A stretch of DNA of 64,000 nucleotides from positions 32,001 through 96,000 of the forward strand of contig JBBCKI010000030.1 in NCBI GenBank assembly GCA_037190965.1, written 5' to 3'. Shown piece after piece: positions 43,159 through 52,572 of this stretch; within the stretch, counting starts at the first letter, position 1; every line of letters starts with the position of its first letter. The position numbers and the translations under genes were made by a program. This DNA is from Chthoniobacteraceae bacterium. GTDB lineage: Bacteria; Verrucomicrobiota; Verrucomicrobiia; Chthoniobacterales; Chthoniobacteraceae. A model generated the notes under the pieces. The model saw only the letters and a program-made list of their open reading frames with translations. It did no database searches and was not told the DNA's origin.

Positions 43159-43320
43159 GGTGCGGCAGCACCGGTAGCACGCTCGCGCCGTCGAGCGTGG
43201 ATATCGACTCCCGTGACTTCACGAGCGCTGCATCCCAATCACCAGAAGCCCATCCTGCGGGGATGGACGTCAAACGCGACTCGGAAACCGATCCCGCGCT
43301 CTCGGCGAGAGCGGACTACC
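43159..43320 (+). repeat. GTAG-tagged REP-doublet element, copy 6
   Basis: Same termini and CATCCC/GGGATG core; lies between the divergent MFS gene and purH. Confidence 0.92.
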
Positions 43321-43398
43321 TGCGGCGGGGCGGCCCTTTTCGCGCCCTTTACGGAAGATTGACCCGGGCGTGAGGCTCCACTAGGTTTTAAGTTTCGC

Positions 43399-44928
43399 AT
43401 GAAGATCAAGCGCGCTCTCATTTCTGTTTCGGACAAAACCGGTCTCCTGGAGTTTGCCCGGGAACTTTCGACCCTCGGGGTCGAAATCATTTCCACCGGC
43501 GGCACCGCCAAGCTCCTCCAGAGGGAGGGAATCGCCTGCACGGAAATCTCCTCCTTCACCGGCTTCCCCGAGATCATGGACGGCCGGGTAAAGACCCTTC
43601 ACCCGAAGGTGCACGGCGGCCTGCTTTTCCTGCGGGGCAACGAGGATCACGAAGCCCAGGCGAAAGCCAACGGCATCGAGCCGATCGACCTCGTGGTGGT
43701 GAACCTTTACCCGTTCGAATCGACCGTGGCGAAGGAAGGAGTCACGCTGGAGGAAGCCATCGAGCAGATCGACATCGGCGGCCCTTCCATGCTCCGGAGC
43801 GCGGCGAAGAATTACCGCTCCGTCACGGTGGTGGTCGACCCCGCCGATTACGAAGACGTCCTCACCAGCATCCGCGATAACGAAGGCGGCACCACGCTGA
43901 AGCTGCGCGAGCGGCTCGCCATCAAGGTCTTCGTCACCACCTCCAAGTACGACGGCGCCATTGCGAACTACCTTAACAAAGAACAGGAGACCACCTGCTC
44001 GTTCGCCGTCTCCATGCCGATCGCCGCCCGTCTCCGTTACGGTGAAAACCCTCACCAGCACGCGGCGCTTTACGGCAACTTTGACGACTACTTCCAGAAG
44101 CTCCACGGCAAGGAACTCTCCTTCAACAACATCCTCGACATCACGGCGGCGTCGCAGTTGATCAGCGAGTTTTCCGAGCCGACGGTGGCGATCCTCAAGC
44201 ACACCAACCCGTGCGGCGTTGGCAGCGATGCGGACCTGCGGGCGGCTTGGGACAAGGCGTTTGCCACCGACAAGCAGGCTCCCTTCGGCGGCATCATTAT
44301 CTGCAACCGCCCGTTGACGGAATCGCTCGCCCGGGCGATCAGCGAGATTTTCTCCGAGGTGATCATCGCGCCCGATTTCGACGCGGACGCACGCGCTCTC
44401 CTGCAAAAGAAGAAGAACCTGCGCCTGATGAAGCGCCTGATCGCTCCCGCCAAGGAAGAGCAGGAACTCGACATCCGTTCGGTCGTCGGCGGCCTGCTCG
44501 TGCAGGACCGCGACCGCGAGGAGCTCAAGGACCTCGAAAGCAAGGTCGTCTCGCAGCGCCCCCCGACGGCGGACGAAATGCGCGCGATGATGTTCGGCTG
44601 GAAAGTCGTCAAGCACGTCAAATCCAACGCCATCGTTTACGCGGGCAAAGACCGCACGCTCGGCATCGGTGCGGGCCAAATGTCGCGCGTGGACGCCTCG
44701 CGCATCGCCATCTGGAAGGCCAAGGACGCCGGGCTTTCGCTGACGGGCAGCGTGGTGGCCAGCGACGCCTTCTTCCCCTTCCCCGATGGCCTGATCGCCG
44801 CCGCCGAAGCGGGAGCAACGGCAGCCATCCAGCCCGGCGGCTCCGTTCGCGATCCCGAAGTCATCGCCGCCGCCGACGAGCGGAAACTGGCGATGGTCTT
44901 CACCGGCGTCCGGCACTTCAAACACTAG
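43399..44928 (+). CDS. purH: Bifunctional AICAR transformylase/IMP cyclohydrolase
   Basis: [53 protein letters not shown]. Confidence 0.98.
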   Translation: MKIKRALISVSDKTGLLEFARELSTLGVEIISTGGTAKLLQREGIACTEISSFTGFPEIMDGRVKTLHPKVHGGLLFLRGNEDHEAQAKANGIEPIDLVVVNLYPFESTVAKEGVTLEEAIEQIDIGGPSMLRSAAKNYRSVTVVVDPADYEDVLTSIRDNEGGTTLKLRERLAIKVFVTTSKYDGAIANYLNKEQETTCSFAVSMPIAARLRYGENPHQHAALYGNFDDYFQKLHGKELSFNNILDITAASQLISEFSEPTVAILKHTNPCGVGSDADLRAAWDKAFATDKQAPFGGIIICNRPLTESLARAISEIFSEVIIAPDFDADARALLQKKKNLRLMKRLIAPAKEEQELDIRSVVGGLLVQDRDREELKDLESKVVSQRPPTADEMRAMMFGWKVVKHVKSNAIVYAGKDRTLGIGAGQMSRVDASRIAIWKAKDAGLSLTGSVVASDAFFPFPDGLIAAAEAGATAAIQPGGSVRDPEVIAAADERKLAMVFTGVRHFKH

Positions 44929-44944
44929 CCTCCGACCTCCTGAA

Positions 44945-45685
44945 ATGAACACCTTGCGCCTCGGCGTCAATATCGACCACGTTGCCACGTTGCGGCAGGC
45001 GCGCTATGCGGGTGCCTACGGCACGCATAACTGCGAACCCGATCTCGTGGATGCCGCCGCGATCTGCGAACGCGCCGGGGCGGAGGGGATCACGATCCAC
45101 CTTCGCGCCGACCGGCGGCATGTGGTGGACGAGGATGTTTACCTGCTCCGCAAGAGCCTGACGACGAAGCTCAACCTCGAAATGGGGAACACGCCGGAGA
45201 TCCTCGACATTGCCCTCCGCGTGCGGCCCGAGGATGTCTGCCTGGTTCCCGAGAACCGGCAGGAAGTGACGACCGAAGGAGGGCTCGATGTCGTCTCGCA
45301 AGCCGCCGCGCTGGAACCAACCATCCGGCAGCTCAAGGAAGCGGGCATCCGCATCAGCATGTTTATCGAGCCCGACGCGGCGCAGATCGACGCCACCGTG
45401 AAATTGGGTGCAGAGGTTGTGGAACTCCACACCGGCGCGTTTGCCAACGCCACCGGCGAGGCGCAGCTTGCCCAGGTGGAACGGATTCGGGAAGCGGCGG
45501 CCTACGCCCACCAGCGGGGGCTGCAAGTCAACGCCGGGCATGGCATCAACTACACCAATATCGCGCTGATCCGCCCAATTCCGTTTCTGGAGGAACTCAA
45601 CATCGGCCACTCCATCGTTTCCCGCGCGGTCTTCGTCGGGTTGGAGAACGCAGTGGCGGAGATGCTTGCGGCCATGCGGGGCTAG
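44945..45685 (+). CDS. pdxJ: Pyridoxine 5'-phosphate synthase
   Basis: LGVNIDHVATLRQAR, HLRADRRH, TTEGGLD, ELHTG, NAGHG, ELNIGHSI. Confidence 0.97.
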   Translation: MNTLRLGVNIDHVATLRQARYAGAYGTHNCEPDLVDAAAICERAGAEGITIHLRADRRHVVDEDVYLLRKSLTTKLNLEMGNTPEILDIALRVRPEDVCLVPENRQEVTTEGGLDVVSQAAALEPTIRQLKEAGIRISMFIEPDAAQIDATVKLGAEVVELHTGAFANATGEAQLAQVERIREAAAYAHQRGLQVNAGHGINYTNIALIRPIPFLEELNIGHSIVSRAVFVGLENAVAEMLAAMRG

Positions 45686-45760
45686 CCATGAAGGCGCAGA
45701 CTTCCCGATGAGTTCCGATTCCATGACGATTTCGCAGGAAGCCCTGGAACAGCCCTTCAC

Positions 45761-45832
45761 GGCGTCGCGGAGCTCCGCCCTCCGGGTGGAACGCTGCATT
45801 ACCTCTGACGGAGGGCGGAGCTCCGCGACGCC
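45761..45832. repeat. Perfect 24-bp inverted repeat (GGAG-tagged REP-like pair)
   Basis: GGCGTCGCGGAGCTCCGCCCTCCG, 24 nt spacer, CGGAGGGCGGAGCTCCGCGACGCC. Confidence 0.8.
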
Positions 45833-45864
45833 TCCCCCCTTCGCAATCGCCTGCTGAGCGCCCC

Positions 45865-46257
45865 ATGGAAATCCTCGGCACCGGCATCGATCTGGTCGAA
45901 AACGCGCGAATCGCGGCGTCGATTGAAAAATTCGGCGACCGTTTTCTAAACCGCGTCTTTCGCCCCGAAGAGCTGGCGTATTGCCGAACGATGCGGCACC
46001 CCACTCCGCATTACGCAGCCCGGTTCGCGGCCAAGGAAGCCGTGGCCAAGGCATTCGGCTGCGGCATCTCGGAGCGAATGGGCTTTCTCGACATCGAAGT
46101 GACCCGCAACGAGGCGGGCGCGCCCTCCATCGTCCTGCATGGCCCGGCTCGGGAACTGGCGACGGAACGCGAGGTCACGAAGATCTTCCTTAGCCTGAGC
46201 CACACCGACAATTACTCGGTGGCCAACGTGATCTTGAGCGGTTCTACCGGGAAATAA
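45865..46257 (+). CDS. acpS: Holo-[acyl-carrier-protein] synthase
   Basis: GTGIDLVE, ARFAAKEAVAKAFG, LSLSH. Confidence 0.96.
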   Translation: MEILGTGIDLVENARIAASIEKFGDRFLNRVFRPEELAYCRTMRHPTPHYAARFAAKEAVAKAFGCGISERMGFLDIEVTRNEAGAPSIVLHGPARELATEREVTKIFLSLSHTDNYSVANVILSGSTGK

Positions 46258-46302
46258 ACGGATTAGACAGCGCGACGACAATCGCCGGCTGCCGTCTACG
46301 GC

Positions 46303-46673
46303 TCAATTATTGGATTTAGGTTCTCTGGTGAATTCCTTGGTCTCGATTAAAACCCAAATCTCCTTCGGATCCTGCCCCTTCTCTACGCTCATTGAAAGGT
46401 TGTGTTTGCGGGCATAGGCACGGAAGCCGGAAATGAGGTCGGCGGAGTTGCGACACCAAAATGAGACCGACTCGGTCACCCGTTCGTCTGCAATCTCCTG
46501 AGAATAGACAGCCCCTCCCCATCTAAAGTCCTTGGCAGGCGGCAGCGGAAGGTTTCGAATGGCTGTTGAAAGCGGTCGATGAAAGCAATCTGCCGACTCA
46601 CTTCTACGTGCCCAATGCTGTAACACCTGGGAGTAAGACAGCCAACACTGCGTGCAAATAATAGAGTTCTCAT
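46303..46673 (-). pseudogene. Probable frameshifted lipoprotein-like gene
   Basis: Pieces in three frames join into MRTLLFA/AVLAVLLPG/CYSIGHVEVSRQIAFIDR/..AIRNLPLPPAKDFRW...; reconstruction is by eye. Confidence 0.4.
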
Positions 46674-46728
46674 CGAAGAGCAGATTGCCGCGGATGCTGC
46701 GATTCCAGACGCAGAGGTTCTTGCTTGG

Positions 46729-46814
46729 CTGAGCTACCGTGCCAGCGCCGGTGGCAACGAATCCAAAACCAAACGTGATCGCTGGCACGGTTGGCTCCAG
46801 CGTTCTGGGTAGGC
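46729..46814 (-). other. Degenerate integron attC-like site
   Basis: Minus strand GCCTACC-CAGAACG-CTGGAGCCAACCGTGCCAGCG...CGCTGGCACGGTAGCTCAG, 7 nt after an ORF stop. Perfect 12-bp inner stem with unpaired bases on one arm; distal GTTRRRY box missing. Confidence 0.5.
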
Positions 46815-46821
46815 TGCATGC

Positions 46822-47298
46822 TCATCGGAATAGATCGATGACTGGCCGATAAACACGCCCAAGAGGTTCGAACACTCCGACACGCCTGCAAAGCTCCTCG
46901 AAGTGATCGCTCCCAAACATGAAATACTCACCTGCCGCGATTCCGAGTGGAAGAAAAACGAGAACGGGAATCATAACGGCAAGCCACGCGATTACAGGCA
47001 TTCCCCGGCAAGATTCTGGATGTTTCCGGGTCACGACGTGTGACAGTTCAACCATTCATTTGAATGTGTTTTGAAGAAGAATTTTGAATTGCGCGGGCAA
47101 ATCATCGTAATGCCCAAATCCCTCCGTCATTCGTGTCAGGGAGGATGAAGAACCCCTTCCTTCAAGAGTTATCTTTTGAAGATACTTCAGCCCAGCGAAC
47201 CAGAAAGTATGAGAAACATCAGCGAACGCCATGTATGGAAGAAGAAGGATCAAAAACGAGTGCCGCATAATTTCTACCGAATGTTCAAGGCGAAGCAT
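46822..47298 (-). pseudogene. Small hypothetical ORFs in one frame, separated by a single TGA (possible cassette remnant)
   Basis: 47298-47056 and 47055-46822 are contiguous and in frame; the second has a TM-like stretch and ends just before the attC-like site. Confidence 0.35.
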
Positions 47299-47761
47299 GA
47301 CCCTTTCGAGAGATCCGGTTCGGTTAGCCTTCGAAGATTGCCGCCCATACTGAATCGTATCCTCCTTCTTCTCTTCTTGCCTTCATAATTGAAACCGATG
47401 CGTAAACCGAACTTGTCTCGCTAAAATTCTACCGATTGGCTTCGCGCTGTTTGCAATGAGCATGGTGACTGATGAGGCAAGTCGCGTTTTCATTTCCTTA
47501 CGGAACGTTTTGCAGGTAGAAAAATATCTTTTGCATTTCTGTAGAACAATTAAAAATTTGGTCGAAACACCGACAGCCACTCAGCAGCCAATGTAATGCT
47601 CGCCGGTTTGTCCGGGCCATGAAGTCAGCCAGATCAGAGAATTCTGAAAACCTGGCCATGCTCCGCAACTTTTTGGGCGCTTTTTGGTTCATTCCCGAGA
47701 AGATAAACGGCAGTAGACAACGTAACGACAATCGGTAACGTAGACGGCACCCCACCCCCAA

Positions 47762-49027
47762 ATGCCAGAGTTTACCTACGTTGCACGCGGTTCGGACGGC
47801 AATCTTGCCCAGGGGACGATCCATGCCAATGACCGGTCGGCGGCGATCCGGCAGATTGAAGCGCTCAAGCGCATCCCCATCAGGATCGACGTGGCAGGCG
47901 CGGCTCCCGCCTCGCCCTCCGCCACCAAAGTCGCGACGACCGCTTCATCTTCCTCGTCCGCTTCGGCAGAGCCCACCCAGGGGGTTCCGCTGGCCCAGCT
48001 TTTTCTTTTCACCGAACAGTTGGCCCATCTTCTCTCGGCCGGGATGACGCTCGATGAGGCGCTTGGCATTCTCGTCCGCCGCCTCCAGCAGCCAAAACTC
48101 CAGGGCCTCTGCCGCTCGCTGCACCAGGGTTTGGTGGACGGGCGAAGCCTCTCGCTGTCGATGCGCGACTTTCCGAAAGTCTTCTCGCCGCTCTACGTCA
48201 ACATGGTCTCGGCGGGCGAGGCGTCGGGGGCGCTTTCGCAGATCCTTCGGCGGCTGGTCACCCATCTCGCCGGGGTCAAAGCCTTGCGCGAACGGGTGCA
48301 ACAGGCGCTGGTTTATCCTGCCGTCCTCGTCGTGGTGGGGATTGCGTTGATCATTGTGTTCATGACGGTGATGGTCCCGCAACTCACCGGTTTCTTCACC
48401 TCCACAGGCCAGAAGCTCCCGCTGCCGACGGAGATCCTCCTCAAAGCCAATCACCTCCTGACCGGTTACTGGTGGCTAGCCGTGCTCGCGGGAGGCGCGC
48501 TCTTTGGCGGCTGGAAGGCTTTTACGCGCAACCCGGAAGGCAGGCTCTCGTGGGACCGCTTCGTCTGGAAGCTCCCGGCCATCGGGCGGATCCCCCGCTA
48601 CCGGTTCTACGCGCAGTTTGCACGGACGCTGGGAACGCTGGTCGAGAACGGCGTCACGCTGCTCAAGGCGTTAGAACTGCTGGAGGACATCTCCGGCAAC
48701 GAATGGGTGCGGCTCCAGATGGTGGAAGTGCGCAAGGCGGTGATGGACGGGGCGAGCCTTTCCAACGCGTTGCGCCAGCAGGCGCTCTTCCCGGAATTGT
48801 TTCTCGACATGATGGCGGTCGGCGAGCAAACCGGCCGGTTTGCGGACACGATGCAAATGATCGCCGACGTCCACGAACGCGAACTCGACAAGCAGGTGCA
48901 ATTTGTCTCCTCCCTGGTGCCGCCCGTGGTCATCGTCATGATCGCCGCCGTCGTCGGCCTCGTCGTCTTCGGCATTTTGGCCGCCGTATTCAACCTCACT
49001 TCGGGACTGCACCAAAATGTTCGCTAA
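47762..49027 (+). CDS. gspF: Type II secretion / type IV pilus inner-membrane platform protein (GspF/PilC)
   Basis: MPEFTYVA, FTEQLAHLLSAG, MVSAGEASG, ALVYP, FARTLGTLVENGV, MMAVGEQTG. Confidence 0.92.
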   Translation: MPEFTYVARGSDGNLAQGTIHANDRSAAIRQIEALKRIPIRIDVAGAAPASPSATKVATTASSSSSASAEPTQGVPLAQLFLFTEQLAHLLSAGMTLDEALGILVRRLQQPKLQGLCRSLHQGLVDGRSLSLSMRDFPKVFSPLYVNMVSAGEASGALSQILRRLVTHLAGVKALRERVQQALVYPAVLVVVGIALIIVFMTVMVPQLTGFFTSTGQKLPLPTEILLKANHLLTGYWWLAVLAGGALFGGWKAFTRNPEGRLSWDRFVWKLPAIGRIPRYRFYAQFARTLGTLVENGVTLLKALELLEDISGNEWVRLQMVEVRKAVMDGASLSNALRQQALFPELFLDMMAVGEQTGRFADTMQMIADVHERELDKQVQFVSSLVPPVVIVMIAAVVGLVVFGILAAVFNLTSGLHQNVR

Positions 49028-49034
49028 ATCCCTC

Positions 49035-50111
49035 ATGAGAGCCAAAGCGGCACAAGCCCTCTTCGCCCTCCTTTTCCTCGGCGCGGAGCCCGCCGTCCGC
49101 GCGCAGTCCCTGGAGATCACGCCGACCCCGTTCAGCACCCTGATTGATTTCGACCAGCTCCGGCATCCCGCAGGCAAATCGCTGGAAGCGGCGCGGAGCC
49201 AGCCGATCTGGCTGGAAACCGTGCAGATCGTCGAGGGCGAGCAGGAGGCAGCGGACCGGCAAACCGTTTTTCGCATCCGGCTGCGCGCCCTTCCCGGGCT
49301 GAACGACTCCCTTCTGCTGCGGCTTTTTTTCCAGGACAAACCGAACGCGCATCCCATCGTGACCGGCTGGTCGGAAACCGGCGACCGGCGCTATGCCACC
49401 CCACCCCTCGGGGCGGGACTGGAACTGACGGCTTCGGAATCGCTCGTCATTCCCACACAGGGGATTGATTATCTGGAGATTGCCGTTCCCGGGGATGGCT
49501 CCACGCTCCGGCAGGCGTTCCTGACCTCCCTGCGCAAGACGGAGACGAACGCCTCGTTCGACTTTGCGCCCCCCGCGCCCGTGAGCGACCCTTTTGAAGG
49601 CGGAGTCGATGGGTTGCCCGCGCTTCCCGCCGAGAACGACACGTTCCTTTTTGGCAGGACCCGGGCGACGCTGGAGGCCGGGACGGTCAAGCTTTTGCCC
49701 CCAGATCACGGCGACTCCGAGGAGGATGATTCGCATACCGTCCATTTCGAGTTCAACCTGGAGAGCGCGCCGCTCATCGCCATGGTCACCTTCCATGTGA
49801 TCGGCGCGGACCCCGCCGCGCCGCTGCTGGCCTGGGCCAATGGGGACCCGGTGGGAGCCGTTGCGATGCAGCTTCCGGACCTTGCGGATCCCGGGTACAG
49901 CGGTGTGGCCCGCCCTCTGGAGAGAATGCGTTTCCAGTACGCCGGGTGGGTGCGTTGCCAGAAGGTCATCCCTGCCCGATCCTTGCGAGCGGGAAAGAAT
50001 ACGTTCACCTTGCAACTCCCGCCAAACTCCGCTCCAGTGGCCCTGCGCAAAATCGAGTTGCAGCTCAAGCATCACTGGCAGAAACTTGATTATACCCTCA
50101 TCCCTTTCTGA
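49035..50111 (+). CDS. Secreted hypothetical protein between gspF and gspG
   Basis: Signal peptide ending AVRA|Q; GC-rich codon bias; tightly packed with its neighbours. Confidence 0.75.
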   Translation: MRAKAAQALFALLFLGAEPAVRAQSLEITPTPFSTLIDFDQLRHPAGKSLEAARSQPIWLETVQIVEGEQEAADRQTVFRIRLRALPGLNDSLLLRLFFQDKPNAHPIVTGWSETGDRRYATPPLGAGLELTASESLVIPTQGIDYLEIAVPGDGSTLRQAFLTSLRKTETNASFDFAPPAPVSDPFEGGVDGLPALPAENDTFLFGRTRATLEAGTVKLLPPDHGDSEEDDSHTVHFEFNLESAPLIAMVTFHVIGADPAAPLLAWANGDPVGAVAMQLPDLADPGYSGVARPLERMRFQYAGWVRCQKVIPARSLRAGKNTFTLQLPPNSAPVALRKIELQLKHHWQKLDYTLIPF

Positions 50112-50112
50112 A

Positions 50113-50643
50113 ATGACGTCGCACTCCACCCCTCGCCGACCTTCCGAAACCCAGCCGATCGTTCTCCGCCCCGCAAAGGCCCAGCCCCGGCAGGGTCCAC
50201 GCCGCCAGGGCCGCCACGCGACAAAGCCGGCCCGGGGAAAAACCAAGGGCGGCTTTACGCTGCTGGAGATCATGCTGGTGGTGATGATTATCGCCCTCCT
50301 CGGCGGCGCCGCCGTTTACTACATGGGCGGAAACATCGGCGTGGCCCAGGAAACCCGCGTCCGCAGCGATATTCAGGCCATCTCGACCCAGCTCAAGCTC
50401 TACCAGGCGCTCAACGGCTTCCTGCCGACCTCCGAGCAGGGGCTCAAGGCGCTGGTCACCCAGCCGACCACGGAGCCGAAGCCAAAAAGCTGGCGCGTGC
50501 TCTTCGACAAGATGCCGCAGGATCCTTGGAGCAACGACTACAACTACGCGGCTCCCGGGAAGCACAACCCGAACTCCTTCGATCTCTTCTCCGCCGGCGC
50601 GGACCGCAAGCCCGGCACCCCCGACGATATCGGGAACTGGTAA
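50113..50643 (+). CDS. gspG: Type II secretion major pseudopilin
   Basis: G|FTLLEIMLVVMII, PTSEQGLKALV, DPWSNDY.Y..PG, DLFSAGAD...GTPDDIGNW. Confidence 0.93.
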   Translation: MTSHSTPRRPSETQPIVLRPAKAQPRQGPRRQGRHATKPARGKTKGGFTLLEIMLVVMIIALLGGAAVYYMGGNIGVAQETRVRSDIQAISTQLKLYQALNGFLPTSEQGLKALVTQPTTEPKPKSWRVLFDKMPQDPWSNDYNYAAPGKHNPNSFDLFSAGADRKPGTPDDIGNW

Positions 50644-50657
50644 TAGGGGGATGACCG

Positions 50658-50803
50658 GGTAGACCGCTCTCGCCGAGAGCGCGGGCATCGACTCCCGTAG
50701 CTCCATGAGAGCTTCATCCCAGTACCGAGAGCTTATCCTGCGGGGATGAGTACCAAGCGCGACTCGCAAACCTATCCCGCGCTCTTGGCGAGAACGGTCT
50801 ACC
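50658..50803 (+). repeat. GTAG-tagged REP-doublet element, copy 7 (lacks the GNRA hairpin)
   Basis: GGTAGACCGCTCTCGCCGAGAGCGCGGG ... CCCGCGCTCTTGGCGAGAACGGTCTACC. Confidence 0.88.
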
Positions 50804-50890
50804 AAGGGCCTCTCCAATCGGGTGCTTTTCCGTGCATCCAGGAATAGGGAATCTGTTGGAATGAGAGGGCATGGGAGGTAGGTTGAATCA

Positions 50891-52369
50891 ATGCCAACCT
50901 CTTCCAAAGCGATCTCCCCACTGCTGAACGCACCGGGCGGATTCGTCGGCAGGCGATGGATTCGCGATGCGGCCCGCTTTTTCGCGGTACGCAACCCCGC
51001 TACCGGAGAACTGCTCGCGCGGCTTCCCGCGCTGGGAGCCAAAGAGACGGAAGCCGCCATTGCGGCGGCGGATGAAAACATGCACCACGCACGGCTCTCG
51101 CCGTCATCCCCGGAAACCCGGGCGCAATGGCTTCGATCCATCGCCGGGCTTCTCCTCGAAAACCGCGAAGAGCTGGCCCGCATCATCACGATGGAACAAG
51201 GCAAACCTCTGGAGGAAGCCCGCACGGAGGTCGACTACGGCGCGGGGTTTTTCCAGTTCTTTGGCGACCCGCTCAATGGACGCGAACTCGCCCCCCGGCG
51301 ATTGAAGGGGAAGATCCGCGGCTGCGGCTGGACGGTGCATCACCGCCCGACGGGCGTCGCGGCGCTCATCACCCCGTGGAACTTCCCGCTCGCGATGCTG
51401 GCTAAAAAACTGGCGGCCGCGCTGGCGGCCGGATGTGCCGTCGTCGTCAAACCCTCCGAGTTGACCCCACTGACCAGCGTCGCTCTCTGGAAATTGCTGG
51501 AGAAGGTGGATCTTCCCACAGGCCAGGCCAATTTCCTGGTCGGCCCGCCTGCCGCGATCGGCGGCGCGCTCTGCCGCGACGAACGGGTGCGGCTATTGAG
51601 CTTTACCGGCTCCACCGCCGTGGGGCGGCTTCTCTATCGCCAATCCGCCGGGACGCTCAAGAGACTGGCTTTGGAACTGGGCGGGAATGCGCCGTTCATC
51701 GTTTTCGAAGACGCCGATCTCGACGCTGCCGTTGACGCCCTGGTGGCCAATAAGTTCCGGTGCGCGGGGCAAACCTGCGTCTGCACCAACCGCGTCTACC
51801 TGCACCGCCGCATCCACCCGCCGTTTGTGGAAGCACTGACAGAGCGGGTCCGCGCGCTGAAGGTGGGCAATGGGCTTGAGCCAGGCACCCAGATCGGCCC
51901 GCTCATTAACCGGGAGGGGTTTCGCAAGGTTTCCGCGCATGTCGCCGACGCCCTGCGCCGGGGGGCAAAGCGGGTAACCGGGGCCGCTCCGAAAGCCCAC
52001 GAAAAGGAGTGGGGACTCTATTTTCCGCCCACGGTGCTCACCGGAGCGACCTCGGAAATGCGGGTGTTCCGGGAGGAGACGTTCGGGCCCGTGATTTCCA
52101 TCGCCTCGTTCGCGACGGAGGCCGAGGTGATCCGGGCAGCCAATAGCACCCCCTATGGTCTGGCGGCTTACTGCTTCACTCAGGATGCCGCCCGCGCCGA
52201 ACGTATCGCCCCGGCGCTTGCCTTTGGGCATCTCGCGATCAATAGCGGCACCGGCCCGACGCCGGAGGCACCTTTCGGTGGATGCAAACAATCGGGCTTT
52301 GGGCGCGAAGGCGGACTGGAAGGGTTGCTGGAGTTTTGCGAGACGCAATCCGTAGCGACGGCTGGCTAA
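50891..52369 (+). CDS. gabD: NAD(P)-dependent succinate-semialdehyde dehydrogenase-like aldehyde dehydrogenase
   Basis: ITPWNFP, SFTGST, LELGGNAPF, GQTCVC, EETFGP, PFGGCKQSGFGREG. Confidence 0.85.
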   Translation: MPTSSKAISPLLNAPGGFVGRRWIRDAARFFAVRNPATGELLARLPALGAKETEAAIAAADENMHHARLSPSSPETRAQWLRSIAGLLLENREELARIITMEQGKPLEEARTEVDYGAGFFQFFGDPLNGRELAPRRLKGKIRGCGWTVHHRPTGVAALITPWNFPLAMLAKKLAAALAAGCAVVVKPSELTPLTSVALWKLLEKVDLPTGQANFLVGPPAAIGGALCRDERVRLLSFTGSTAVGRLLYRQSAGTLKRLALELGGNAPFIVFEDADLDAAVDALVANKFRCAGQTCVCTNRVYLHRRIHPPFVEALTERVRALKVGNGLEPGTQIGPLINREGFRKVSAHVADALRRGAKRVTGAAPKAHEKEWGLYFPPTVLTGATSEMRVFREETFGPVISIASFATEAEVIRAANSTPYGLAAYCFTQDAARAERIAPALAFGHLAINSGTGPTPEAPFGGCKQSGFGREGGLEGLLEFCETQSVATAG

Positions 52370-52537
52370 TTTTAGCCAACACGCTGGCCTGAATGGCTAA
52401 ATTCTCACCCGCAATCGACCATGGGTCTGGGAGGTTGAAGAGGGGTTCTTCAGAAAATCTAAAATTATAAGTCGTTTATTACAAGCGACTTATAAAATAT
52501 TCATTTTATTTCCACATCAGTTGGCAAGGGGGCTGCT
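52363..52537 (+). promoter_or_regulatory. Sigma54-type promoter with upstream palindromes
   Basis: TGGCAAGGGGGCTGC (GG-N10-GC, 52522-52536); 31-bp palindrome at 52465-52495; TGGCTAA-TT-TTAGCCA at 52363-52378 plus a half-copy at 52394. Confidence 0.6.
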
Positions 52538-52572
52538 AAAGGCCGGAATCGCAAGATTCAACCATCCCTTAT

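Larger units (their letters stand above)
46254..47734. mobile_element. Decayed low-GC islet bounded by imperfect direct repeats
   Basis: ATAAACGGATTAGACAGCGCGACGACAATCG (46254-46284) vs ATAAACGGCAGTAGACAACGTAACGACAATCG (47703-47734). Contains only short or broken minus-strand ORFs. Confidence 0.55.

Noticed and set aside
47056..47058. In-frame TGA between two small ORFs as selenocysteine or read-through
   Set aside because: No redox motif or evident SECIS; the surrounding islet is decayed, so a nonsense mutation or chance is simpler.
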